IMG/VR virus record: IMGVR_UViG_3300035565_000042 | Span: 1-64,000 of that record | Length of the DNA stretch: 64,000 nt | DNA from: a virus | Reading direction: 5' to 3' (one strand) | In this document: positions 40,609-49,986 of the stretch, in pieces | Layout: the number at the start of each line of letters is the position of its first letter | How positions within the stretch are numbered: the first letter of the stretch is position 1 | Program-made: the position numbers and the translations under genes | The notes under the pieces: generated by a model | Database searches by the model: none | What the model was told of the DNA's origin: nothing | Seen by the model: only the letters and a program-made list of their open reading frames with translations

Positions 40609-41919
40609 TTATATTGAATATGCGTTGATTGTTTTCATGTACGTTACAAACTCATCAAACAAGGCATTCTGAAATGCCCGGGTCATATCACTCTTCCCGC
40701 TCTTGATATGAAGATACTCCTCAATCAATGCACATACAACCTGATGCACGCCTTGATTCAGTACTGTAAGAGATATCAGAATATCCTTGTTCTCAATGGA
40801 TGCAAGAACATCTTTCTTCTCGAACTCAACAAATCTAACCTTGTTATAGATTTGGTATTTGCATTCTTTCAGAAATGTCATTGCCTGATCATATACTTGC
40901 ATCTGTGTAGCACTTGGAATAGCTTCAACACAAAATCCACTTTCAGAGACTATCGAGAAGCATGATGCCGGTTTTGCTTTTGAACACCGCGATGTTATGG
41001 CATTATACAGTCGTTGTGGCAGGAACAATGTTTTTATCCTCTCTTCTTCATTGACGTATCCTCCCATATTTTCTGGTGCAAGGAATTTATCTTCTATGAC
41101 ATCATTCCAGACCTCTGCAGCCATTTTATCACTCTGGTCATCATATCCCCACTCATTGATATTTCCTTCAAGCAATCCTTCTTTAGTTACATTATCAAGT
41201 ACTTGCCTTACAATAGTTGGATTATCACATTTAAAGATGATCTTCCACATTTCATTGGATACCTGCCAGGCATAACGAATTTGCCTTGACTCGTTCACAT
41301 CAATATTGAACAAATTATAATCGAATATCGATCCTTTCTTATTGACCTGGCAAAGAACACCCTTGTGATATACTCTGCCTTCCATCCCATGTTTGCGAAG
41401 TATCTGCCCTTCAGCACAACTGAAGATTACTTCCTTCTTGTAGCTTAGATAATCATTAATGTTGAACATGATATCCTCAATGGCATCATCAGCTTTCAAG
41501 ATAATCTGTGTGTTTTCGTTCCCACAAAACAGTTTATCCGGAAGCTCATCTTCGGTAACGATCTTAAAGGTCATCAATCCTTCATCCATGGCATTGCAGT
41601 ATAATTCCCGGATTGCACCCCATAGATCCCATTGAAGTCCGAAATCCGTGGTTATACTGGTCCTGACATCATTGATAGTCATTACTTCAAATTCTTTGTC
41701 ACGAAGCATAGCTTTCTCTGTAGACAGTTTTATCTCAGCACCTCCGGTAAGTATCCTTATTCCGATACCGTTGCGTAACAGGTATGCCAAAGCATACTTA
41801 TTGCCACTGCCAAACATTCCTATCTTGGAATGGTCTTCACGCTTGGTAGATGCTCCGAGTAATGTCAATGCTTCTACCTGGAGAACGCCTTTGTTCTCAA
41901 TCAATAGATATTTATTCAT
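40609..41919 (-). CDS. GHKL-type ATPase with permuted motif order and a zincin-like C-terminal helix
   Basis: IENKG..LLGASTK..IGMFGSG precede AIRELYCNAMDEG; C-terminal LIEEYLH. Confidence 0.7.
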   Translation of the reverse strand: MNKYLLIENKGVLQVEALTLLGASTKREDHSKIGMFGSGNKYALAYLLRNGIGIRILTGGAEIKLSTEKAMLRDKEFEVMTINDVRTSITTDFGLQWDLWGAIRELYCNAMDEGLMTFKIVTEDELPDKLFCGNENTQIILKADDAIEDIMFNINDYLSYKKEVIFSCAEGQILRKHGMEGRVYHKGVLCQVNKKGSIFDYNLFNIDVNESRQIRYAWQVSNEMWKIIFKCDNPTIVRQVLDNVTKEGLLEGNINEWGYDDQSDKMAAEVWNDVIEDKFLAPENMGGYVNEEERIKTLFLPQRLYNAITSRCSKAKPASCFSIVSESGFCVEAIPSATQMQVYDQAMTFLKECKYQIYNKVRFVEFEKKDVLASIENKDILISLTVLNQGVHQVVCALIEEYLHIKSGKSDMTRAFQNALFDEFVTYMKTINAYSI

Positions 41920-41975
41920 CTTATGAAATTATGTTGGTTAGACGATCAGAAAATACAGAAATAGAATAATTTTAT

Positions 41976-42377
41976 TTATCTATGCCCTTGATTCTTGCGC
42001 TGCAATAGACCACGATTATCTCTCCAGTCTGCCATCTTCTCTCTGTTATGTTGTCTATGACCTTGTACTTTCTTATTTCTCATCTTCACTTTGAGATATT
42101 TGTATGGATCTATGGCTTTCAGACCACCATAGCGACATTTCTCGTAGTGGATACACATATCATGGTTTATTCCCGGCTTTGATATTCTGTACTTTTCATA
42201 GAGTTTTAGTTCATCGAATACTTCCGGAGAGAATGATATTCCTTCGACATGGAAATAAATCCATATCAGGTAGAGCCCTTTTTGCATATCAATAATTTGG
42301 CCAACACTCATTTCTGAGTATTGACCAAATCCAATGATACTTTTTCTTGTCAGAGTTCTAAGAAGAACGACATCCAT
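41976..42377 (-). CDS. DUF3820/ExoX-C-like small protein
   Basis: IGFGQYSEMSVGQII...YLIW motif. Confidence 0.5.
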   Translation of the reverse strand: MDVVLLRTLTRKSIIGFGQYSEMSVGQIIDMQKGLYLIWIYFHVEGISFSPEVFDELKLYEKYRISKPGINHDMCIHYEKCRYGGLKAIDPYKYLKVKMRNKKVQGHRQHNREKMADWRDNRGLLQRKNQGHR

Positions 42378-42381
42378 ATTT

Positions 42382-42678
42382 CTACATTATAAGATGAACT
42401 ACCCATCCGAACAATAGAAAGATACCACCAATAGTTAATGATTCGATAAATCCATGTACCACTATGTCATAAAGATCATCTTCAACTTTTGATGGTTTTC
42501 TATAATTTACATAGAGAATGAATAACGATAGACCTATGGCTTCGATTAAAGTTATTGGCCGTATATCGAATATCTGAACGATGAACCAAGCCCATAACTT
42601 AACAATGACAAATCCCTGAACAATTGTTGAAAGGACTGTCAGAATTATTCCTGCAACTATCTTGCCGAATGTTTCCAT
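42382..42678 (-). CDS. Membrane protein with about 3 TM helices
   Basis: Three hydrophobic segments; LWAWFI..F...IT..EAIGL. Confidence 0.7.
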   Translation of the reverse strand: METFGKIVAGIILTVLSTIVQGFVIVKLWAWFIVQIFDIRPITLIEAIGLSLFILYVNYRKPSKVEDDLYDIVVHGFIESLTIGGIFLLFGWVVHLIM

Positions 42679-43613
42679 TAGTTCTTGTTTAACTCAAAGC
42701 TTTCAAGAAGATATTCAGCAAAAAGTGCGCTGGATGACTGTATACCAGCAATGTCCATAATTTCCGGTTTCATTACTGATGTTCCGTAATTGTAGAGATC
42801 CCAGACTGTATTGAGATCAACAGGACGATTGAACTCATGAGCTCCTACGTCTTTCTTCTTCATGAGCATTTTTTGCACGAAGTTACTCATGCCTGCAGTA
42901 TCGAATGGTGCCGGCTGTTTTGATATGTATGCCTGGTCTATTGCTTTCCTGTATAGATCACCAATGGTGAATTCCAATGCTCCGGCACTTATTGGTGCAT
43001 TCTGCATCCTTGCCATGATATCCATCTCGACCTTCATTTTCTGATCAAGAGATGCAGTCCATTCTTTCAGCTGATATTCGATAGACTCCCAGCTTTGTCC
43101 TTCACGGCCGTTCTGCTTGAACGTATGCAGAAGAGATCCTCCCATGATAGCGAAGTTACTGCATGTCCTTACGTTAAGGCCAAATGCTGTTTCAATACCT
43201 TCTTCACTGAACCTCATTCCAATCCTTGCACATACCAGGTCATTACCAAGGTTAGGAATCTGGATAGTTGCCAGGACTTTATCGAACATCCATTTTCTGA
43301 TCGGGCAATTGCTACGATCATAACCCAGCTTCTTCTCATCATCTGTGAGCATAGGGAATGAATTCCTTTTCTGCACATACAGAGACTCAAGGTTATAATT
43401 TACTTCCTGAGCTTCAAGCAAGCCAAGGATGAATGCAACTACAGTCCATGATTGAACAGGACGGGTAGCAAGAACTCTTCCATGTTTTCCTTCAACCCTG
43501 ATGGATTGCTCAAGCATGGTGAGTGGAATTGTCTTTGTCGATTCATCTTCGACAAATCCAAAGATTTCTGGAGCCTGCAGGACTTCCTCTTTCGATGTGA
43601 TGATGTCTTCCAT
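42678..43613 (-). CDS. DUF932-like protein
   Basis: AFGLNVRTCSN..I and TVWDLYN..T..MKP motifs. Confidence 0.65.
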   Translation of the reverse strand: MEDIITSKEEVLQAPEIFGFVEDESTKTIPLTMLEQSIRVEGKHGRVLATRPVQSWTVVAFILGLLEAQEVNYNLESLYVQKRNSFPMLTDDEKKLGYDRSNCPIRKWMFDKVLATIQIPNLGNDLVCARIGMRFSEEGIETAFGLNVRTCSNFAIMGGSLLHTFKQNGREGQSWESIEYQLKEWTASLDQKMKVEMDIMARMQNAPISAGALEFTIGDLYRKAIDQAYISKQPAPFDTAGMSNFVQKMLMKKKDVGAHEFNRPVDLNTVWDLYNYGTSVMKPEIMDIAGIQSSSALFAEYLLESFELNKN

Positions 43614-43680
43614 TTTTAGATAATTATTAATTAATAATATATAACTGAAAGTAAAATAAGTCTTTTGCTAAGATATAATA

Positions 43681-43710
43681 AAAAAGCCCCCGGGACATTC
43701 CCAGGGGCCA
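43681..43710 (-). terminator. Intrinsic terminator
   Basis: Minus strand GCCCCTGGGA-ATG-TCCCGGGGGC followed by TTTTTT. Confidence 0.8.
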
Positions 43711-43805
43711 TAACAACAACTCTTTTATTCCGGATTTCCTTCAATAGAAGGCCTTCGATCGCTATGAGTCGATCTACTGGTGAGTTGCCAAAGCATCCGG
43801 CCATG

Positions 43806-43952
43806 TTATTCCTCCTCGCTTTTGTTCATTTCACGAATAGTATTCCGTATGACTCTTCTGCGATTTTCTTTCCAGAGTCTTCGATATTTGTACCATTGGC
43901 AGAACCAGCCTATTGAGGCCAGTATTGCCCATATTAACAGTATTGTTTTCAT
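43806..43952 (-). CDS. Small single-TM protein, 48 aa (MKTILLIWAILASIGWF...), not in the ORF track
   Basis: Translated by hand; N-terminal TM helix followed by a basic tail. Confidence 0.6.
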   Translation of the reverse strand: MKTILLIWAILASIGWFCQWYKYRRLWKENRRRVIRNTIREMNKSEEE

Positions 43953-43997
43953 ATCTCAGGATGTTGTTTAGCAAAATCTAATTCCATAACTATTGGA

Positions 43998-44138
43998 TTA
44001 TTTTTTAAGTCTTAAATTACATCTCAGTATCCACAATTCCAAATTGCACCACCTGATAAACTTCCTGAAAATAGACTCCTCGTTTATCTCCTTAATCAAT
44101 TCCTCAATAACTTTACTGTGATACTCATTTGCTTTCAT
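43998..44138 (-). CDS. Small hypothetical protein, 46 aa (MKANEYHSKVIEE...), not in the ORF track
   Basis: Translated by hand; fills the gap. Confidence 0.45.
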   Translation of the reverse strand: MKANEYHSKVIEELIKEINEESIFRKFIRWCNLELWILRCNLRLKK

Positions 44139-44162
44139 TGCCTTCTCTTTATTGATGAGGGG

Positions 44163-44393
44163 CTAAACAAGTGTTATCTTAAATTTTTTCAACACCTTCC
44201 TTCTGATGTTTCTTTCAGACATTCCCAGTTTCCGATGGCGGTCAATAAAAATATCAATTTCGGTTCGCTTGTCAATAGGTATTGGGCGTTCACTTTTCAT
44301 GACTTCGGCTTTGGTCGGCTTTTGATTTAAGGACAAATCTGCCCACTTTGCGGGTTTCCCGTCCATTAAATTATCAAATTCTCTTTCTTGCAT
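44163..44393 (-). CDS. Small basic hypothetical protein, 76 aa
   Basis: ORF in the operon; HTH-like basic C-terminus. Confidence 0.55.
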   Translation of the reverse strand: MQEREFDNLMDGKPAKWADLSLNQKPTKAEVMKSERPIPIDKRTEIDIFIDRHRKLGMSERNIRRKVLKKFKITLV

Positions 44394-44432
44394 TTCTCGT
44401 TTCTTTTAGTTTAACTATTCAATACTCTGTAA

Positions 44433-44696
44433 TTATTCTCCATCGGGCTTGGTAACTTCTCTTTCTTTCATCAGTTTGTTGATGACAAAAAGAACTTCAG
44501 TCAGGCAGGAATTATTCCAGACAGTATCAAATTCGAGGGAAGGAAAGAAGCAGTATTGCCTCCATGCTCCATACCATTCGATTGTTGCAATTACGTACCC
44601 TGACGACTTATTAACCACTTCGACAAGTTTTGTCTTTCTACCGGGGATGTCCTGAGAATTGAAGTATAAATACTTTGTTACGTGAATCGTTTCCAT
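44433..44696 (-). CDS. Hypothetical protein (likely start METIHV)
   Basis: IEWYGAWRQYCFFP...WNNSCL motif, familiar from phage hypothetical proteins. Confidence 0.65.
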   Translation of the reverse strand: METIHVTKYLYFNSQDIPGRKTKLVEVVNKSSGYVIATIEWYGAWRQYCFFPSLEFDTVWNNSCLTEVLFVINKLMKEREVTKPDGE

Positions 44697-44721
44697 CTCT
44701 CTATAATTTAGTTTAACACTA

Positions 44722-45232
44722 TTGTTCACTCGGAAATCACTCGGCTTCACCTTTATATTTTTTGTAACTGAAAATCTGTGGCTTAATGCCTTCTCGCCTT
44801 AATATAGAATACATGAGGCGTTGCTCCTCGTAGGCACTATGCTCTTGCTGTTTTGCTGGTATAATCTCTTTGATAACTCCCGATGCGCTTATGTAAAGCA
44901 ACCCCCAATCTTTAGGTAGTTCAGATTCTTTTATCATGCCTTCGGGACATAAATAACTCCGATATTTACCCAATCCAAATTCAGGGCGCCTTCTCCAGTA
45001 TTTCTTTTTATCTGAAAGAAAGTCTGCTCTCGAAATCTTTACCTCGATTAATTGAGTTGACCCCCAGCTAAAGCCAAAAGCATCGGGACTTTCACCAACC
45101 CTTTCCAACTCACAAACCACATACGGACAAGTGTGGAATGGTTGAATGCCTTGTTTCCGCAAGTAGGATGCAGCCTTAAAACAAAGTTCCCTATGTGTAA
45201 ATGATTTATTCATTTTGTTCACTCGGAAATCA
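44722..45232. repeat. 18-bp exact direct repeat TTGTTCACTCGGAAATCA flanking the nuclease gene
   Basis: Copies at 44722-44739 and 45215-45232. Confidence 0.9.
44737..45213 (-). CDS. MmcB-like PD-(D/E)xK nuclease
   Basis: GESPDAFGF...LIEVKISRADFL.D...R.YLCP...ELP..WGLL. Confidence 0.75.
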   Translation of the reverse strand: MNKSFTHRELCFKAASYLRKQGIQPFHTCPYVVCELERVGESPDAFGFSWGSTQLIEVKISRADFLSDKKKYWRRRPEFGLGKYRSYLCPEGMIKESELPKDWGLLYISASGVIKEIIPAKQQEHSAYEEQRLMYSILRREGIKPQIFSYKKYKGEAE

Positions 45233-45902
45233 AACCGTCTCTCATTGCCTTTGCACCGAGCATCTTAAAGTAATTAGCGTATTTTGTTTCAAACATCATC
45301 GGAGGGCATTCGTTCGGATAAAACTTCTCAATCTGCTCGTCACCCACCTTCTCATCACTAATCTTATGGCTCTGGAGGGAGGAAAGACGATCACGATACC
45401 ATTCAAAACAATGATTGAAACCGAGAGTATAAATATGCTTCTCTTCGTTTGTATAACCATCCCAAATGTTATTGGCACACTCATCCCTTGCTTCGACATC
45501 CTCTATTATCGCCTTGTCCGGTGTCTCAACCTTATCTGTCATTGTGAAATCTCTCCAACTGGTAGGATGCTTTGGTTCTTCATCGTCCGCCTGATCTATT
45601 AATGGAACAAGTTTATATCTGAACGTTTCCCCTTTTGGCGGTGTTATCACTATATCAAAATCACCCGTTGGATCTTGCTCTTCATTCATTCTGTCAATCA
45701 TCTGATCGGAATGACTCTCTTGCTTAATCCCGTCAATAAAGTCAGCAATACAATCTTTTGCCTTTGCAAGCAAAATAACTGCCTCGGTCAACCTTTCGTC
45801 TGCGCCCGCCTTCTCAACTTCCTGTATGGCGTTATGGATAGCGAGTTCTGCCGGAGTATTTAAGTCCAATCTGTTTCTCCTTGGAATTTCATTGTTTTTC
45901 AT
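45219..45902 (-). CDS. Hypothetical mosaic protein, 227 aa
   Basis: ORF in the operon; helical N-domain plus acidic linker. Confidence 0.6.
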   Translation of the reverse strand: MKNNEIPRRNRLDLNTPAELAIHNAIQEVEKAGADERLTEAVILLAKAKDCIADFIDGIKQESHSDQMIDRMNEEQDPTGDFDIVITPPKGETFRYKLVPLIDQADDEEPKHPTSWRDFTMTDKVETPDKAIIEDVEARDECANNIWDGYTNEEKHIYTLGFNHCFEWYRDRLSSLQSHKISDEKVGDEQIEKFYPNECPPMMFETKYANYFKMLGAKAMRDGLISE

Positions 45903-46350
45903 ATTCTTCTTTTGTTATTTCAATATATTTGGTTTTGCACATTTTATGATCGTTTGGCGAAACATGACCCTCAGCGATAGGAAGCCAATAAGGGAATCCG
46001 TTAAACTCAAACTTTGTCCCACAATCAACACATTTGAAATATCTTAATGGTTTTGTCTCTGGCTTATCAGGTGCGGATAACTCTGCAATAGCATCTAACC
46101 TTTCTCTTAAATGGTCAATAAAATTATGACTCAAATCGGTAGTCTCAAGACTTCGAGGAGTGCTACAAAATGTTAACCATTCAATTAATTCATCACATAA
46201 TTTCCGTCTCTCTTTCGAGGGGATAGACTGAGAGGCAAATTCTTCCATTGCCTCAATCGCCTCTTGTTGTGTGAATTTCAATGTATGACCAAAATTAGAG
46301 TCACTTTTTTGATAAATTTTATCAAGTATTTCTTCTTCTGTCTTTTCCAT
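45889..46350 (-). CDS. Hypothetical protein with a CxxC motif
   Basis: AIEAMEEFA; YFKCVDCG. Confidence 0.6.
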   Translation of the reverse strand: MEKTEEEILDKIYQKSDSNFGHTLKFTQQEAIEAMEEFASQSIPSKERRKLCDELIEWLTFCSTPRSLETTDLSHNFIDHLRERLDAIAELSAPDKPETKPLRYFKCVDCGTKFEFNGFPYWLPIAEGHVSPNDHKMCKTKYIEITKEEYEKQ

Positions 46351-46354
46351 GATA

Positions 46355-47326
46355 TTAGTTTATTTTAATTCCTGTGATCTCCTCAAATACATTAGCATCA
46401 AAGTTTGGAAGTGCCTTGAGCAGTTTTATATCTTCTTTAGATGCGTCTTTATAGGCTATTGCCCATGCTTCTTTATAACTGACAGTTTTTAAATAACCAT
46501 CAGTCACAAAAGCATCTTTGTTTGACTTCTTCTCATCATCTGTCATATTGCTCCACGAAACCCATGTATCAATATTGATATTATAAATGAAATTAGGCTT
46601 TGGTGCATTATCCCAAACTTCTCTTTCGCATTCCTTATTGAATACTAAAATAGTATTAGGGGTAATTGAATTAAAGTTCCCTGAGTTTCCGTCCCCTGAG
46701 TTTCCGTTCCCTGAGTTTCCGTTCCCTGAGTTTCTGTACCCTGAGTTTCCGTACCCTGAGTTTCCGTCCCCTGAGTTTCCGTCCCCTGAGTTTCCGTCCC
46801 CTGAGTTTCTGTACCCTGAGTTTCTGTACCCTGAGTTTCTGTTCCCTGAGTTTCCGTTCCCTGAGTTTCTGTACCCTGAGTTTCTGTCCCCTGAGTTTCC
46901 GTACCCTGAGTTTCCGTCCCCTGAGTTTCCGTCCCCTGAGTTTCCGTCCCCTGAGTTTCTGTACCCTGAGTTTCTGTTCCCTGAGTTTCCGTCCCCTGAG
47001 TTTCTGTACCCTGAGTTTCCTATGCCAGAATTAGCAAGAGTTAACATCTCTTCCCACGTCACTTCCCTCACAATGGTTATCTTCTGAGCGCATTGCTTAT
47101 CGCTGTCAAGACCTAATATAATACCCGACAGTATAACTTCAGCAACTTTGTTTTTGGGGTCAAAAGAATAATATGTAAAGCAATCGGATACCTTCTGACA
47201 GGCATGAAATCCACGCTCACACATAGACGGCTCTTCTTTGATTGAATAAGTCTTTCCGGTTTCATATTGAAATCCCCTGTACTTCCAATCAGGGTCAAAT
47301 ACTTTGTACGCTTTTACTGTTTTCAT
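46355..47326 (-). CDS. Pentapeptide (NSGxx) repeat protein
   Basis: AYKVF..GFQYE.GKTY..C.RGFHAC N-domain, over 20 NSG[DYN][GR] repeats, C-terminal LPNFD..VFEEITGI. Confidence 0.88.
   Translation of the reverse strand: MKTVKAYKVFDPDWKYRGFQYETGKTYSIKEEPSMCERGFHACQKVSDCFTYYSFDPKNKVAEVILSGIILGLDSDKQCAQKITIVREVTWEEMLTLANSGIGNSGYRNSGDGNSGNRNSGYRNSGDGNSGDGNSGDGNSGYGNSGDRNSGYRNSGNGNSGNRNSGYRNSGYRNSGDGNSGDGNSGDGNSGYGNSGYRNSGNGNSGNGNSGDGNSGNFNSITPNTILVFNKECEREVWDNAPKPNFIYNINIDTWVSWSNMTDDEKKSNKDAFVTDGYLKTVSYKEAWAIAYKDASKEDIKLLKALPNFDANVFEEITGIKIN
46676..47020. repeat. Coding tandem repeat: 23 copies of a 15-bp unit
   Basis: CTGAGTTTC recurs every 15 nt from 46681 to 47011; only two positions per unit vary. 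Confidence 0.97.
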
Positions 47327-47346
47327 ATAGTTAGTTTTTAGTTTGT

Positions 47347-47631
47347 TTATTTGACCTCGGTGATTTCGCTGTTAACAATCAAATTCCTTGTAACTTTTGT
47401 AGGCTTTAATGCACCCGCCATTTGACTCATTATTTCGAGTTGAATATGTTCCAGCCATCCTAACAACTCCTGAGCTGTAAACCCGTCATTAGTGCGTTCA
47501 ACGTGTAGTCCTTCTTCAAAGTCACTGACCTTAATGGTGTAGACTTTTACTGATCTTGGTTTTTTAGTTTCTTTTTCCATATCTTCAATTTGTGCAATGT
47601 ATCTTATATCCCATAAAAGGCATGAAGCCAA
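47347..47631 (-). CDS. Hypothetical protein (likely start MEKETK)
   Basis: RTNDGF...ELLG.LE motif. Confidence 0.55.
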   Translation of the reverse strand: MASCLLWDIRYIAQIEDMEKETKKPRSVKVYTIKVSDFEEGLHVERTNDGFTAQELLGWLEHIQLEIMSQMAGALKPTKVTRNLIVNSEITEVK

Positions 47632-47634
47632 CAG

Positions 47635-48054
47635 TCATTTGAATGTTACCATTCCACTTTCATTATGGACAAACCCTCTATACATGAAATCAGCATCGCT
47701 GATATACGGAGAGATCTTTTCCATATCCACATCATTAAACACTATGTTTCTTAGATGAAGTTCATAGCCAACATATCTTAGAGCTACAGCTGCAACAACA
47801 GCTTCATCGATTGCTCTTCTCATTAAAGCTTTCGAAGTAAACATTCCATCACATTTATTGTAAGTCTCAATGATGTCATGTAAGATCTTGCATATATTCA
47901 ATAAATGCGAGTCTTGAAGAAGATAGATAAACTCTTCAGTTCCGTCCCTGGATGTCCAGGTCTTTATATCATGATCCTGCAATGGTATTCTGCAATATAC
48001 CGGAGTTGTCACGCGCTTGGAGCGATACTGTGCTAATCTGCTGTTTGGTTCCAT
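47635..48054 (-). CDS. Hypothetical protein, 139 aa
   Basis: WTSRDG...DSHLLNI motif. Confidence 0.6.
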   Translation of the reverse strand: MEPNSRLAQYRSKRVTTPVYCRIPLQDHDIKTWTSRDGTEEFIYLLQDSHLLNICKILHDIIETYNKCDGMFTSKALMRRAIDEAVVAAVALRYVGYELHLRNIVFNDVDMEKISPYISDADFMYRGFVHNESGMVTFK

Positions 48055-48073
48055 TTCTTGTTATTTAGTATAA

Positions 48074-48562
48074 TCAAGAAAATGATAACTCTTTTGGATA
48101 TATGAGCCAGGCAAAGATAATCCGTTTCTTCAAATAGTTCGGATAGTTACAATTGGCATATGCTTCACGGAAAAATGGATTTTCCTGCATGAACCACGCA
48201 ACAAGGAATGGCAGTAAGAACTTGTTAAGAATGCTTACTTTCTTTTTAAAGCTTCGGAATCCGCTTATGAGTATGATAAGTGGATATACCAAGAGCAATA
48301 ACAATGAAAACCATCCTACAAGGTAGGAAAGGCCTATCATAGCTATTATCTCTGCCTGTAATATCTCTTCCTGTTGCTTGAGCATAATAGCGTCCATATT
48401 GCCCTGCAAATCGCTTGTAGTGAGTTTTGTCATATGCTTTGATCCGTAGAATATGAATGGATAGATCACCACCGATGTAAAATCTTCATATATCTTTCGC
48501 CTGAGCAACCATGGCCAGGCAACCTTGAACCCTTTGAGGATATTAAAATGGTACGACTTCAT
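48074..48562 (-). CDS. Membrane protein, possible degenerate zincin-like
   Basis: IYPFIF, TM segments, PFFREAYAN..NYL..R..FAW; no HExxH. Confidence 0.55.
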   Translation of the reverse strand: MKSYHFNILKGFKVAWPWLLRRKIYEDFTSVVIYPFIFYGSKHMTKLTTSDLQGNMDAIMLKQQEEILQAEIIAMIGLSYLVGWFSLLLLLVYPLIILISGFRSFKKKVSILNKFLLPFLVAWFMQENPFFREAYANCNYPNYLKKRIIFAWLIYPKELSFS

Positions 48563-49079
48563 TTTTTCTGTGTTTAGTTTTTATTTCTTCCCAGAATGTG
48601 TCCAGAATCATTTCATGGAACATTTTCTTTGGTTTGTATATTACAACAACTCTCTTATCTGCCGGCAACTCTGCAAGAGAGTCTTTAAGTGATGTTCTTA
48701 CAGGGCGTGTCTTAACCAATGCATGATGCAGACATATCAATATTCGATCAAATATCTTCGATTCAAGGAAATGATCATGCTCAATATTTGACATTCCTTT
48801 TACAACTGATAATGGATCGGGCCGGCCACTTATATCTTTGACAAGGAATTGCTCGTATTCAGCGAATAATTGTTTAATGTCTGCTCTGATATCGCTTTCA
48901 CGCATAGTATCAGGGAATACAATGGAATAGCCAAAATATTCCCTGACTATCTGGTAACGATCTTTAAGCGGAAGGCTTTCATAGTGATCAACAGTCAAGG
49001 CTCCTTCTTCCATGATATACGAAACAAACTTGCGCGTGGTATTCGGAGCCAATGACTGCAAGGACTCTATCATTCTCAT
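48543..49079 (-). CDS. Hypothetical protein, 178 aa
   Basis: ORF in the operon. Confidence 0.6.
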   Translation of the reverse strand: MRMIESLQSLAPNTTRKFVSYIMEEGALTVDHYESLPLKDRYQIVREYFGYSIVFPDTMRESDIRADIKQLFAEYEQFLVKDISGRPDPLSVVKGMSNIEHDHFLESKIFDRILICLHHALVKTRPVRTSLKDSLAELPADKRVVVIYKPKKMFHEMILDTFWEEIKTKHRKNEVVPF

Positions 49080-49112
49080 GTTTACATGAATCTTATAAAA
49101 ATGGAATAATTT

Positions 49113-49976
49113 TTACTCCTTGTATATCTTCAGAAGCGTGGTAATGGCATCGAGTTCAGTATTTGCATCATCAATCCTGGTCTCGAGTTCACGTATCTCT
49201 GCCTGAAGCAATTTCTTCCTGAGGGTAAGATCAATGATCTTATGCTGTTCGGCAGGCTTTTCGATCTTCTCGACATTATCTTTAAAGCTGAACTTCCTGT
49301 CCTTTATTCTTTTGATGTCCGGAGAGTCTATTGTCTCTGTTGAATTCAGATCTTCCATTTCTGCAAGAGTCTTGAGAGGACTCTGCGTTATATTCTCCGG
49401 GGAATGTTCATTCATGCCATTAGCCTCTGGATCTTTTATTTCAGCAGGTTGTGATGCGTTCTGAATTTCTTCATGAAAACCACCTTTCTTTTCTATCATT
49501 TTCAGAAGAGAGTCTTCATATATCATTCCGGCCAGTTCAGAAGTATCACTTTCATTGGCAAATTCTCTCCAATCGAATGTGTCAGTCTTGATCATGAATG
49601 ATACTGCCATGTCCTTCACTACAGTGTCGGAAAGCAAACTATAGCTCTTTGTTTTCACAAAAGAGATGTATGCCTGGTTTACTTTTATCTTGTCTGCCAT
49701 CTCTCTTTGTTTGCATTTCAGGTCATCGACAATCGCAATGATCATCTCAGCCATCATGTCAACAAGTTGTTTCTTTGTCTCAGCATTCTCAAAAACGAAT
49801 CTTTCAGTTGTCATAATATTGTGTTTAATTGGTTCCTGTTTTTCAGTCATATCAGTTGCCGGCACCAGTTCATCACTCACACGCCTAACAATGGGCGCAT
49901 GGGATGTGTCTGGTGCATATTTACCAAGAAAAGTATTGTAATCCATTACACATGGATCGGTTTCGTCTGGCATCAT
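49113..49976 (-). CDS. XRE-like HTH protein with coiled-coil C-terminus
   Basis: KQREMADKIKVNQAYISFV. Confidence 0.55.
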   Translation of the reverse strand: MMPDETDPCVMDYNTFLGKYAPDTSHAPIVRRVSDELVPATDMTEKQEPIKHNIMTTERFVFENAETKKQLVDMMAEMIIAIVDDLKCKQREMADKIKVNQAYISFVKTKSYSLLSDTVVKDMAVSFMIKTDTFDWREFANESDTSELAGMIYEDSLLKMIEKKGGFHEEIQNASQPAEIKDPEANGMNEHSPENITQSPLKTLAEMEDLNSTETIDSPDIKRIKDRKFSFKDNVEKIEKPAEQHKIIDLTLRKKLLQAEIRELETRIDDANTELDAITTLLKIYKE

Positions 49977-49986
49977 AGCAATATTG

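Noticed and set aside
46676-47020. CRISPR-like array
   Set aside because: The units are contiguous 15-mers with no unique spacers and lie in frame inside a pentapeptide-repeat gene.
46587-47087. + strand PEF-repeat ORF
   Set aside because: Antisense shadow of the repeat; the minus-strand ORF has recognisable flanking domains.
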